Of a stretch of DNA of 64,000 bases, positions 26,297 through 35,035 are shown piece after piece. The position numbers were made by a program, and so were the translations under genes. The notes beneath the pieces were generated by a model that made no database searches, was not told the DNA's origin, and saw only the letters and a program-made list of their open reading frames with translations. The stretch comes from Candidatus Saccharimonadia bacterium. GTDB taxonomy: Bacteria; Patescibacteriota; Saccharimonadia; Saccharimonadales; 2-12-FULL-41-12. The stretch covers positions 395,599 through 459,598 of the forward strand of contig OY970327.1 of NCBI GenBank assembly GCA_963717365.1. The letters are read 5' to 3'. Within the stretch, counting starts at the first letter, position 1. Each line of letters opens with the position of its first letter.

Positions 26297-27454
26297 ATGC
26301 TTTTTCTTCGCTATAGTGCAACGGTGACTAAAATATTCAGCAAGAAGCATATCAAAGGTAAAACCCAACGGTTGGGGATTGGCGTTGCCTTACTATTAGT
26401 AACAACATTAGTAGCAGCGTATCAGCTCACCAGCCAACCAGGCCAAACCCCTGACTTGCCGAAACCTGCCTTAAAAGAACTGGCCGCAAAGAAAGGCATT
26501 GATATTGGTAACTTTGCCATCCCAAGCCGCCTAGATGAGCAGGCTTATCATGACATCTTGACCCAACAATTTAATGTCGCGTTGCTTGATAACACGCCTA
26601 ATTGGCATTTCACCGACTATGATTTGCGCCCATCCGAAACCGAGTTTGATTTTAGCCGTATCGATAAATTAGTCGAGTACGGCGAAGCCAACGATCTTAA
26701 AATGCAAGCCCACCACTACACCTGGGGTGAAGAGAAGTGGCTGCCAGATTGGCTGAAAAATGGTAACTACACCAGTGAGCAACTGCTAGAAATTATTCAC
26801 AACCACATTAGCACCGTGGGACAGAGATATAGTGGCAGAATTCAAGAATGGACAGTAGTGAACGAAGCTTTCACTCGTGAACAACATTTCTTTGACCTGC
26901 ATGATTGGTGGGCTGACAATATTAATAATCAGCAGGCCTATTTAGATAACTCCTTCCGCTGGGCTCGTCAAGCCGACCCAAAGTCAGTGCTCATTTTAAA
27001 TGATTTCAATAATGAAAGTATTAATGACACCTCTAACGCTATGTATGACTACATTAAAGGCGCCAAAGCCAGAGACGTACCGATTGACGCCATTGGTATG
27101 CAAATGCACATTGACGGCGGCCATCCACCGACCAAAGACGAAGTAATATCTAATATGAAACGGTTTGCAGCTCTGGGCGTGAAGGTTTATGTGACCGAAT
27201 TTGACGTTAATATGAACGATCTTAAAACAAATGCCAAAGCCAAAAACGAAGTCGAAGCCAATATCTATTACGAAATGATGCGCGCCTGTATAGAATCGCA
27301 AGTCTGTCAAAGCTTTTCAATTCTCGGCATCACCGACAAAGAAACCTGGTATAACCATATTGGTCTCAAAGATCCTCGGCCACTACCATTTGACGAGCAG
27401 TATCGCCCAAAACCAGCTTTTTACTCTTTGCGCTGGGCACTTGAACAACAATAA
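26297..27454 (+). CDS. membrane-anchored glycoside hydrolase family 10 (endo-beta-1,4-xylanase-like)
   Basis: N-terminal anchor. GH10 catalytic blocks EWTVVNEAF (acid/base) and VYVTEFDV (nucleophile). Confidence 0.8.
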   Translation: MLFLRYSATVTKIFSKKHIKGKTQRLGIGVALLLVTTLVAAYQLTSQPGQTPDLPKPALKELAAKKGIDIGNFAIPSRLDEQAYHDILTQQFNVALLDNTPNWHFTDYDLRPSETEFDFSRIDKLVEYGEANDLKMQAHHYTWGEEKWLPDWLKNGNYTSEQLLEIIHNHISTVGQRYSGRIQEWTVVNEAFTREQHFFDLHDWWADNINNQQAYLDNSFRWARQADPKSVLILNDFNNESINDTSNAMYDYIKGAKARDVPIDAIGMQMHIDGGHPPTKDEVISNMKRFAALGVKVYVTEFDVNMNDLKTNAKAKNEVEANIYYEMMRACIESQVCQSFSILGITDKETWYNHIGLKDPRPLPFDEQYRPKPAFYSLRWALEQQ

Positions 27455-27471
27455 ATGCTATACTTTCTGTA

Positions 27472-28128
27472 ATGAAATTTGTGTGTGCCCCTCCTGAAAT
27501 AGCTGAGTCTGAGATAGTGGCAGCGATTAATAAGGCTCTAGAAACCAGCTCAGTATTATTGTTAGTGTCCGGTGGATCAAACATCCAGTTAGCGGTGAAA
27601 ATCAGGAACCGGTTAGCTATCAAGCATCGGTTAACAATCGGTTTAATTGACGAGCGATACGGACCAGTTGGGCACCCGAACTCCAATTGGACACAGCTGA
27701 TTGACGCAGGACTTGATCTAAGCGACATCAGCGCATTGCCCGTACTTATAGACAACCAGCCGCACAGCCAAACAGCCGAAAATTATATGAAACAGCTCGA
27801 AAGTGCCGTTAGAGAGCACAATCAAGTAATAGGTATCTTTGGACTGGGCGCAGATGGTCATACTGCCGGAATTCTACCTGGTAGTTCAGCGATTACCGCA
27901 ACCACTATAATTGCAGCGTTCCAGGGAAGTGATTTTCCACGCATTACAATTACTCCTGCAGCAATGGAATTTTTTGATGAAGCCTATCTAGTAAGCTATG
28001 GAAAAGATAAGCACGCCCAACTTTCCAATTTAGACAACACTATTCCTGTCACAGAACAACCAGTTCAAGCATTAAAACGAATTGAAAATGTAACAGTTTA
28101 CAGTGACTACGGGGGTTTAGGTAAATAA
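27472..28128 (+). CDS. pgl: 6-phosphogluconolactonase
   Basis: LLLVSGGSN and GLGADGHTAGILPGS motifs. Located immediately upstream of zwf. Confidence 0.85.
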   Translation: MKFVCAPPEIAESEIVAAINKALETSSVLLLVSGGSNIQLAVKIRNRLAIKHRLTIGLIDERYGPVGHPNSNWTQLIDAGLDLSDISALPVLIDNQPHSQTAENYMKQLESAVREHNQVIGIFGLGADGHTAGILPGSSAITATTIIAAFQGSDFPRITITPAAMEFFDEAYLVSYGKDKHAQLSNLDNTIPVTEQPVQALKRIENVTVYSDYGGLGK

Positions 28129-29600
28129 TGAGCGATCAAAATCAACTACCAGTTCTGAATACTGGAATCTTTGTTATTTTTGGCATTACCGGTGATCTGG
28201 CCAAGAGGAAGTTACTGCCCGCTCTGTACCAACTTGTGGACTTAAATCTGCTTGCCGAACAATTTGTAATTGTAGGTACAACCCGCCGCGAGACCACTAT
28301 TGATGATGTGATTGCTGACGTAAAGAGTAACTTACTTGCAAACAACGATGTAGTAAACGATGCAACACTCGACCGATTACGTAGCATGTTGCGTATGGTG
28401 AAAATGAGTATAGGTGACGAAGCTGATTATTCCCAACTTAGGGATAGCCTGGATCAGATAGAACGCGAGGCTGGCATTTGTCTGACGCGACTATTTTATA
28501 TGGCTGTACCCCCGCATATGTTTGAACCAGTTGTCTCCGGCATAGGCGCTTTTGGGCTTAATAATGATTGTCAGCACGGCAAGATAGCAAGTCGACTGCT
28601 GATTGAAAAGCCTTTTGGTTATGACACGGTATCCGCGAAAGTGTTAATAAAACATTTAGAAACTGTTTTTAACGAAGAATCAATTTACCGAGTAGATCAT
28701 TATTTAGCAAAGGAAACTGCCCAGAATATTTTAACCTTCCGCCTTAATAACCCTATATTTCGAGCCGTTTGGGACAGTCATTCAATTGATCACATTATGA
28801 TAACCGCCGCCGAAAAAATTGGCGTGGAGGGGAGAGCTGATTTTTACGATCACACTGGGGCTCTGCGTGATCTGATACAGAGTCATTTATTGCAACTCTT
28901 GGCGCTTACTGCCATGGAAGAACCTGAAAATCGTTCTGCCGGGGCTATCCACGCAGCCAAGCTAGCATTGTTGCAAGCTATTAAGCCTATGCTATCCGAA
29001 GAAGTTGACGCAAGCACGGTGCGTGGACAATACGATACATACCGGGGTGAGATAGGCAATCCAGACTCTATTACCGAGACCTATGCCGCACTTAAACTTG
29101 AGATAGATAATGACCGTTGGCGTGGTGTTCCAATTTTGCTTCGGACTGGCAAGGCGATGCATGAAAAAATTACAGAAATTACGCTGGTTTTTAAAACGCG
29201 AGAAGAAGGATCTAATGACCAAAATATGCTCACCCTACGTATCCAACCCGACGAAGCTATTGTATTGAGTCTGCTTGCCAAAAAGCCCTCATTGATTGAA
29301 GAAACCGAAACTGTGCAGATGGAATTCTTCTATAATGAGTCGTTTGATGGCAAACAGCCCGACGCTTACGAGCGAGTACTGATAGATGCAATACGTGGAG
29401 ACAAAGCACTGTTTACTACTGATGACGAAGTGCTCGCATCATGGAAAATTATTGATGAAGTGCTTAAGCGATGGTCAGTCAATGGCGATTCACTGATTTC
29501 TTATGAAACCGGCTCGTGGGGACCTGCTCAAGTCGATGAATTAGCTGCCAACTCCAATGCTGAATGGTTAACCGGCAAGCTTCGGATTGCTCCGACTTAA
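28128..29600 (+). CDS. zwf: glucose-6-phosphate 1-dehydrogenase
   Basis: FGITGDLAKRKLLPALY NADP site, the RVDHYLAKE active-site block and EKPFG. Confidence 0.95.
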   Translation: MSDQNQLPVLNTGIFVIFGITGDLAKRKLLPALYQLVDLNLLAEQFVIVGTTRRETTIDDVIADVKSNLLANNDVVNDATLDRLRSMLRMVKMSIGDEADYSQLRDSLDQIEREAGICLTRLFYMAVPPHMFEPVVSGIGAFGLNNDCQHGKIASRLLIEKPFGYDTVSAKVLIKHLETVFNEESIYRVDHYLAKETAQNILTFRLNNPIFRAVWDSHSIDHIMITAAEKIGVEGRADFYDHTGALRDLIQSHLLQLLALTAMEEPENRSAGAIHAAKLALLQAIKPMLSEEVDASTVRGQYDTYRGEIGNPDSITETYAALKLEIDNDRWRGVPILLRTGKAMHEKITEITLVFKTREEGSNDQNMLTLRIQPDEAIVLSLLAKKPSLIEETETVQMEFFYNESFDGKQPDAYERVLIDAIRGDKALFTTDDEVLASWKIIDEVLKRWSVNGDSLISYETGSWGPAQVDELAANSNAEWLTGKLRIAPT

Positions 29601-29673
29601 ACTAACCTGCAATATATCTAACAGTAAAATTCTACATATTGTTTATAGTTATAATACTGTTAGGAGCATATAC

Positions 29674-30159
29674 ATGGCGGATGATGACAAAACCACCGGA
29701 GTCCAGACCCCGCGAAATCACACCCAGGAAGAAGTACACGAAGCAAAACAAGAACTCAGACAAGCTATACACGGCTCACACGAAGTTCTTGCTACTGCCA
29801 ATACGGTATTTCCGTTTACATTGGTCCCGCACACAGTGACGGTTGACCGGGAAAAGTTAACGATTACCCACCGGACATTTATCAGTGTTGCCGAGGTTAT
29901 GAGCCTTCGAGTCGAAGATATTTTAAATGTTACGGTTAATGTTGGACCGCTTTTCGGTTCGCTGCATATCCTAAGCCGAGTTATGAATAATGAAAAACCC
30001 TATATCGTAAAATATTTGTGGAGGGAAGACGCCCTCCGGCTTAAGCGTGTTCTGCAAGGCTATGTGATTGCCATTCAAAAAGAAATTGATTGTTCGCCTT
30101 TAAAAACAGAAGAACTGGCAGCTATGCTCGATAAACTTGGCAAAGACGACCACACCTAA
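29674..30159 (+). CDS. hypothetical protein
   Basis: Start moved to the ATG at 29674 (MADDDKTTG). No firm motif. Confidence 0.5.
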   Translation: MADDDKTTGVQTPRNHTQEEVHEAKQELRQAIHGSHEVLATANTVFPFTLVPHTVTVDREKLTITHRTFISVAEVMSLRVEDILNVTVNVGPLFGSLHILSRVMNNEKPYIVKYLWREDALRLKRVLQGYVIAIQKEIDCSPLKTEELAAMLDKLGKDDHT

Positions 30160-30213
30160 CCAACAATATAGTTAAAGTTGTACTTTTTACATTATTTGGG
30201 ATAAAATTTGGTT

Positions 30214-30765
30214 ATGGCTACCGTTAACTCCTTTAAAGAGTACTACGCAATGGTTCAAAACCGGCTTGTTAAGGCGCGTGATGATGCAGAATTATTTAAA
30301 GAAATTGTAGACGCGCCGTTCCATAATAAACTGCATACTACATCGTTTGATCTAGGGATGATTGTACTGGTTCTTGCCAACCCTAAAACAAAAATGATTG
30401 ACCGTATTACTTATTCGCAGACAGCACCTGCCCAGGACGCCGTAAAAGCATCACCAATTGAGTTTAACAAAATCAAAATTCCCCTTAAGAACAGAGATAA
30501 TATCACTGCCAAAGCTATTAGAAACAGTAAGTATTATCAAACCTCAGACTGGTGCCACCTATTTGTGCCTGCACTCAGCGCCGAAGCAGCCCGCTTTAAT
30601 CAAGCCGAGGCGGGAATGGGTTGCAGTGTTGTGTATCCACTAGTCAATACGCGTAACGGCGGAGCGCTCATTTTTAGTTTTTATCAAACGCTCGATATGA
30701 TTACCGCTAAACACCACACTTTTATGCAGAACTATAGTAATTTTGTTTCTGCTCGGCTCAGATAG
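30214..30765 (+). CDS. hypothetical protein
   Basis: ATG at 30214, within the track ORF that begins at a TTG at 30208. No motif recognised. Confidence 0.5.
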   Translation: MATVNSFKEYYAMVQNRLVKARDDAELFKEIVDAPFHNKLHTTSFDLGMIVLVLANPKTKMIDRITYSQTAPAQDAVKASPIEFNKIKIPLKNRDNITAKAIRNSKYYQTSDWCHLFVPALSAEAARFNQAEAGMGCSVVYPLVNTRNGGALIFSFYQTLDMITAKHHTFMQNYSNFVSARLR

Positions 30766-30915
30766 CCCATTAACCCTTAGGAATTTATTACATTTCACTT
30801 AGTAAAAGAAATGCATGATGCAACTAAAAAAGCCTCAAGATTTATCATTTCATTGCTCTAAATATAGTTAGTAGTTAGCTATTTAGTACCCAGTTTGTAC
30901 GGTATACTAACCATA

Positions 30916-31956
30916 ATGTCTAAGTTTTACTATCGTAATGTCCGTGCCCGTGATTTACTTGATGCTTTTTTGATAAGCGCTATCTGCAGCTTGCTGCTAG
31001 TGCGTTTTTACTTGTACCTAACCGGTTATCCTCAGTTGGGTGGGGGCTCCTTACATATTGCCCATATGCTGTATGGCGGTATCTTTATGATGGTTGCTAT
31101 TGTCATTTCGTTGACCTTTCTTGGAGTGCGCGCAAGACATGCAAGTGCAATTGTCGGCGGTATTGGTTTTGGTATATTCATTGATGAACTAGGCAAGTTT
31201 ATCACCGAGGATAATAATTATTTTTTCCGCCCGGCTGTTGGTTTAATTTATGCCGTTTTTGTGCTGCTCTATCTTTATTTTAATTTTCTTACGCGGACGC
31301 AGCGTTTAAGTTCGCGCGAGTACCAGTTAAATGCCCTGGCCGAGCTGGAGGAAGCGATTGCCCATGACTTAGATAAGTCGGAACGAGCTCACATTTATAC
31401 CTTACTCGATGCTAGCGATAAAAACAGTGCTATGACCCGTCATCTGCAAGACTTTGTTGATAATATAAAAATTAGTGCCCGTGAAAAACCCGGCCGTATT
31501 CGTTTATTGTTGCGAGCTGTTGATAATGCTTACAAACATTTTTGGGAAAAACGAGCTTCCAATGTTCTTGTCCGCATTATATTTACCGTCCAAGTTATTG
31601 TACTGGCGGCAGCGGTTATATATACCATCTATCATAATATTGATGATGTTGAGGCTGTTCTTAATGGTTCCTTAACCTATGATCGGGAGTTGATTATTGC
31701 CCAGGTTATTGCGTCGGTGGTAGCGGGGGGATTTGTGCTGTATGGACTATCCAAGTTAGCCACGTCACGTTACCAAGCATTCGAGCAATTCCGTCGTGCT
31801 ACCCTTATTAACATTTACCTGATACAGTTCTTTATTTTTATTAGGATCCAGTTTGAGGCTTTGCCGGGACTTTTTATAAATTTAATTCTTTTGCTGTTAA
31901 TTCTTTTTGTATTGCGGCAGGAACGACGACTTGGAGACACTAATGCTATCAGTTAG
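30916..31956 (+). CDS. polytopic membrane protein
   Basis: Multiple hydrophobic segments. Start placed at the ATG at 30916. Confidence 0.6.
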   Translation: MSKFYYRNVRARDLLDAFLISAICSLLLVRFYLYLTGYPQLGGGSLHIAHMLYGGIFMMVAIVISLTFLGVRARHASAIVGGIGFGIFIDELGKFITEDNNYFFRPAVGLIYAVFVLLYLYFNFLTRTQRLSSREYQLNALAELEEAIAHDLDKSERAHIYTLLDASDKNSAMTRHLQDFVDNIKISAREKPGRIRLLLRAVDNAYKHFWEKRASNVLVRIIFTVQVIVLAAAVIYTIYHNIDDVEAVLNGSLTYDRELIIAQVIASVVAGGFVLYGLSKLATSRYQAFEQFRRATLINIYLIQFFIFIRIQFEALPGLFINLILLLLILFVLRQERRLGDTNAIS

Positions 31957-32332
31957 CGACGCCGAGTTTGACAAGATGATATCTGATGCCATGGATCGCC
32001 TGCCACCAGAGCGTATAGAAGGACTGAAAAACATTGCCATTACCTACGCAGACGAACCAAACGCTGAACAACGCGCTAAATTAAAGCTGCGACGTGGAGA
32101 TACTCTGTTTGGACTTTATGAGGGCGTACCGCTCACTCGGCGACCAGCAGCTGACAGTATATTGAGCAGTAATGTTATGCGGCTACCTGATAAGATTACC
32201 ATTTTTAAGCTGCCCATTGTGCGCGGTGCTGCTTCAATAGAAGCAGTCCGCGAACAAGTTCGTCATACCTTATGGCATGAAATTGCACATTATTATGGTC
32301 TGGATCATAAACGTATCCATGAGCTGGAATAA
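31943..32332 (+). CDS. small metallopeptidase-family protein (C-terminal HExxH)
   Basis: LWHEIAHYYGLDHKRIHELE C-terminus. Start placed at the ATG at 31943, overlapping the upstream gene by 14 nt. Confidence 0.6.
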   Translation: MLSVSDAEFDKMISDAMDRLPPERIEGLKNIAITYADEPNAEQRAKLKLRRGDTLFGLYEGVPLTRRPAADSILSSNVMRLPDKITIFKLPIVRGAASIEAVREQVRHTLWHEIAHYYGLDHKRIHELE

Positions 32333-32379
32333 TCTGCCTATCAACTGCTTATTGACGCTGTTACAGCGCTTATGCTTTA

Positions 32380-32949
32380 ATGCAGGCAACTACCATGAAA
32401 CAAAAACATCCGCATTGGCTTAAAAATAGTCTTGTCCGCGTCGCACAAATCCAATTATTGTTTGGTGTTATCTATATTGCCCAAATTGTTGCCTTTGACG
32501 CTGCCATGCTTATCACTCCAGAAGTAGTATTGAAGCGCTGGTATGCCATAGCCGGTCTGATAATTGTTTCCGCTGCTGTCTGGTATTTGGCCCGCAGTCG
32601 GGTTACTCACCCCAATACTTATAAAATATTGACTTGGGCTCTTATTTTGACCGATATTGCGTTTGCAGCTTTCAATGTTTACACTCAGCGGGGAATGGCC
32701 AGCAGGGCGGTTGTACTATTTTTTATTCCGATTATTATTTCTACAATCTTACTCAGCAGGGTAGCACTTTTCGTAACTGCCATTATCTGTGCTGCCGTAT
32801 ATGCTACGACCGCAGTAGCCTATTTCGTTAATTTCTTTAATGAAGGCTATAAAATTGAATTATACGGCGAAGTACTATTTTATTGTGGCACATTCTTAAT
32901 CACTGCCGGTTTATTATGGGCGGCCCTTAAAAACAAACGTCATACTTAG
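32380..32949 (+). CDS. membrane protein
   Basis: 189 aa with ~5 hydrophobic segments. Confidence 0.6.
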   Translation: MQATTMKQKHPHWLKNSLVRVAQIQLLFGVIYIAQIVAFDAAMLITPEVVLKRWYAIAGLIIVSAAVWYLARSRVTHPNTYKILTWALILTDIAFAAFNVYTQRGMASRAVVLFFIPIIISTILLSRVALFVTAIICAAVYATTAVAYFVNFFNEGYKIELYGEVLFYCGTFLITAGLLWAALKNKRHT

Positions 32950-32978
32950 ATTTCATTAAACACATATAAAATAAGTTC

Positions 32979-33542
32979 TTAGTCATTATGACTGCGGACA
33001 ATCATGCGCAAACTGCCGTCATCCATTAATTTAGCCAGGTTAGACGGTTGGTTGCTTGTAGGGCCTTCGATATAGAATTCCAGTCCAGGCAATTGCAACA
33101 TAATCCCATCCAGGGTAGTCGGCATTGCTTGACCAGCTTTATTAGCACTGGTTGCAATGATTGGACCAGTCGTATTAATAAGTTCTTGTAACCATGCCAG
33201 GTTTGGCATGCGGAATGCCAGAGACTGTTTGCCGCGGTGCAAATAGGTAAATTCCTCGTTCGGGCACGGTAAAATCACACTCACTGGCCCTGGCCAGATT
33301 TTTTCTAATGCTTCTGCTTGAGACTGATTTATCGTGATTGAAAAACCTTTTAGTTGCTCAATACTGCTAATTAAAATGATGAAAGGCTTATGCGATGGCC
33401 GTCCTTTAACTTGATATATACGTTCAACCGCATCTGGTAATTCAGTTGAGGCGGCAATTCCATAAATAGTATCAGTTGGCAGTACACCAGCGGCACCAGA
33501 CCGTATTCTGTCGACGATAAACTCAAAATCCAAATAATTCAT
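32979..33542 (-). CDS. tsaC: L-threonylcarbamoyladenylate synthase (TsaC/YrdC family)
   Basis: LPTDTIYGIAA, KGRPSHKPFIIL and ATSAN blocks. Confidence 0.85.
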   Translation of the reverse strand: MNYLDFEFIVDRIRSGAAGVLPTDTIYGIAASTELPDAVERIYQVKGRPSHKPFIILISSIEQLKGFSITINQSQAEALEKIWPGPVSVILPCPNEEFTYLHRGKQSLAFRMPNLAWLQELINTTGPIIATSANKAGQAMPTTLDGIMLQLPGLEFYIEGPTSNQPSNLAKLMDDGSLRMIVRSHND

Positions 33543-33605
33543 GATATCTATTTACTATAATAACCTGTTGACGATGCTTATGCCTGCTGATTAGAATGGG
33601 GAGAT

Positions 33606-34856
33606 ATGCTTTCAACAGAAACACATCACGCGGATTCGCAACTATTGAACGCTCGCATGATAGCTGAAGCCTTTGCCTATATTGAACAAAAATGGCCGGA
33701 GCTAACTAAAACACAGCCTGTTGACGATGGTACGCTAATTGGTCTACCTCATCCATTTGTCGTACCTAGTGTAGCAAATGAAAGCGGTTTTGCCTTTCAA
33801 GAAATGTATTACTGGGACAGTTATTTTATTGCCCAGGGCTTACTTGCTACTGGCCACGACGAATTAGCCGCCGGTATGCTGGAAGATTTGCTATTTATGT
33901 CCAAGCGATACCATATTATTCCAAATGCCAACCGAATGTACCATACCAGTCGTTCTCAACCACCGTTTTTAACATCCTATATATTTGACATATACGAAAA
34001 ACAGGAAAAAGATATACCGTGGCTGACCGAACGCTTGCATATTGCCGAACGCGAGTATCAAAATGTTTGGATGGGCAGTTCACACCCAAACTGGCGCAAT
34101 GTTTTTGAAGGTTTAAGTCGCTATTATGATGTTAACCTGATTAATCACCTGGCCGAAGCCGAAAGTGGCTGGGATATGACAACGCGCTTTTCAGGCAACT
34201 GTTTATCCTATATTCCGATTGACCTAAACTGCTTGCTCTATAAATATGAAATCGACTTTGCTCGCGGCGCGGAGCTGGCAGGTAATGACGATACTGCCGC
34301 GGTGTGGCGGGAGCGCGCTAAGCACCGCGCAGAGATGGTTACTAAATATTTATGGCATGAGGATGACGGCTATTTTTTTGATTTTGACTACATTACCCAC
34401 CAACAATCCCGTGTTTGGTCACTTGCAAGCTTTTACGCCCTCTGGTCGGGTCTGGCCACCAACGAACAAGCTCGACGAATTGTCGATAATCTACACGTCT
34501 TTACGCATCAAGGTGGCCTGTCTACCACCCGTAGTGCCGATGAGTGGTTAGGAGACGTCTCTACCCAATGGGCATTTCCAAATGGCTGGGCACCACTACA
34601 GTGGATTGTTTCGCACGGTCTTCGTTCTTACGGCAACTACGATGAGGCAAATATGGTCGCACGCACGTGGCTTTCCAATAACATGGAGCACTTTGCCGCC
34701 CATGGCGTCTTCCGAGAAGCCTATAATGTTGTAGATCCTAATCTACCGCCTAAACCAGGGTTGTACCCACCACAGCTTGGTTTTGGCTGGACCAATGCCG
34801 TATTCGTAGATCTTGCCAAGAAATTTTTGACACCCGACGAACTATTAATGGTCTAG
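33606..34856 (+). CDS. alpha,alpha-trehalase (GH37)
   Basis: GH37 signatures FQEMYYWDSYF, SQPPFL, ESGWD and QWAFPNGWAPLQW. Confidence 0.88.
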   Translation: MLSTETHHADSQLLNARMIAEAFAYIEQKWPELTKTQPVDDGTLIGLPHPFVVPSVANESGFAFQEMYYWDSYFIAQGLLATGHDELAAGMLEDLLFMSKRYHIIPNANRMYHTSRSQPPFLTSYIFDIYEKQEKDIPWLTERLHIAEREYQNVWMGSSHPNWRNVFEGLSRYYDVNLINHLAEAESGWDMTTRFSGNCLSYIPIDLNCLLYKYEIDFARGAELAGNDDTAAVWRERAKHRAEMVTKYLWHEDDGYFFDFDYITHQQSRVWSLASFYALWSGLATNEQARRIVDNLHVFTHQGGLSTTRSADEWLGDVSTQWAFPNGWAPLQWIVSHGLRSYGNYDEANMVARTWLSNNMEHFAAHGVFREAYNVVDPNLPPKPGLYPPQLGFGWTNAVFVDLAKKFLTPDELLMV

Positions 34857-34884
34857 ATTTTATTATTCTTAAATACAGTTAATA

Positions 34885-34903
34885 TAGTTTTTGTATTCTA
34901 TAA
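34885..34903 (+). repeat. 19-bp direct repeat, copy 1
   Basis: TAGTTTTTGTATTCTATAA is identical to 34975-34993. Confidence 0.8.
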
Positions 34904-34974
34904 ACACGCAAGTACGTTTCAAGTACTATACCTGCTATTCATTAAAGCTTAATGAAATCGAGATATAGTACTTG

Positions 34975-34993
34975 TAGTTTTTGTATTCTATAA
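34975..34993 (+). repeat. 19-bp direct repeat, copy 2 (contains a TATAAT-like hexamer)
   Basis: TAGTTTTTGTATTCTATAA. It lies ~40 nt upstream of the helicase start. Confidence 0.8.
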
Positions 34994-35035
34994 TCAAAAT
35001 TAAGCTCGTTTTACCGCTATAATAACAATGTGACT

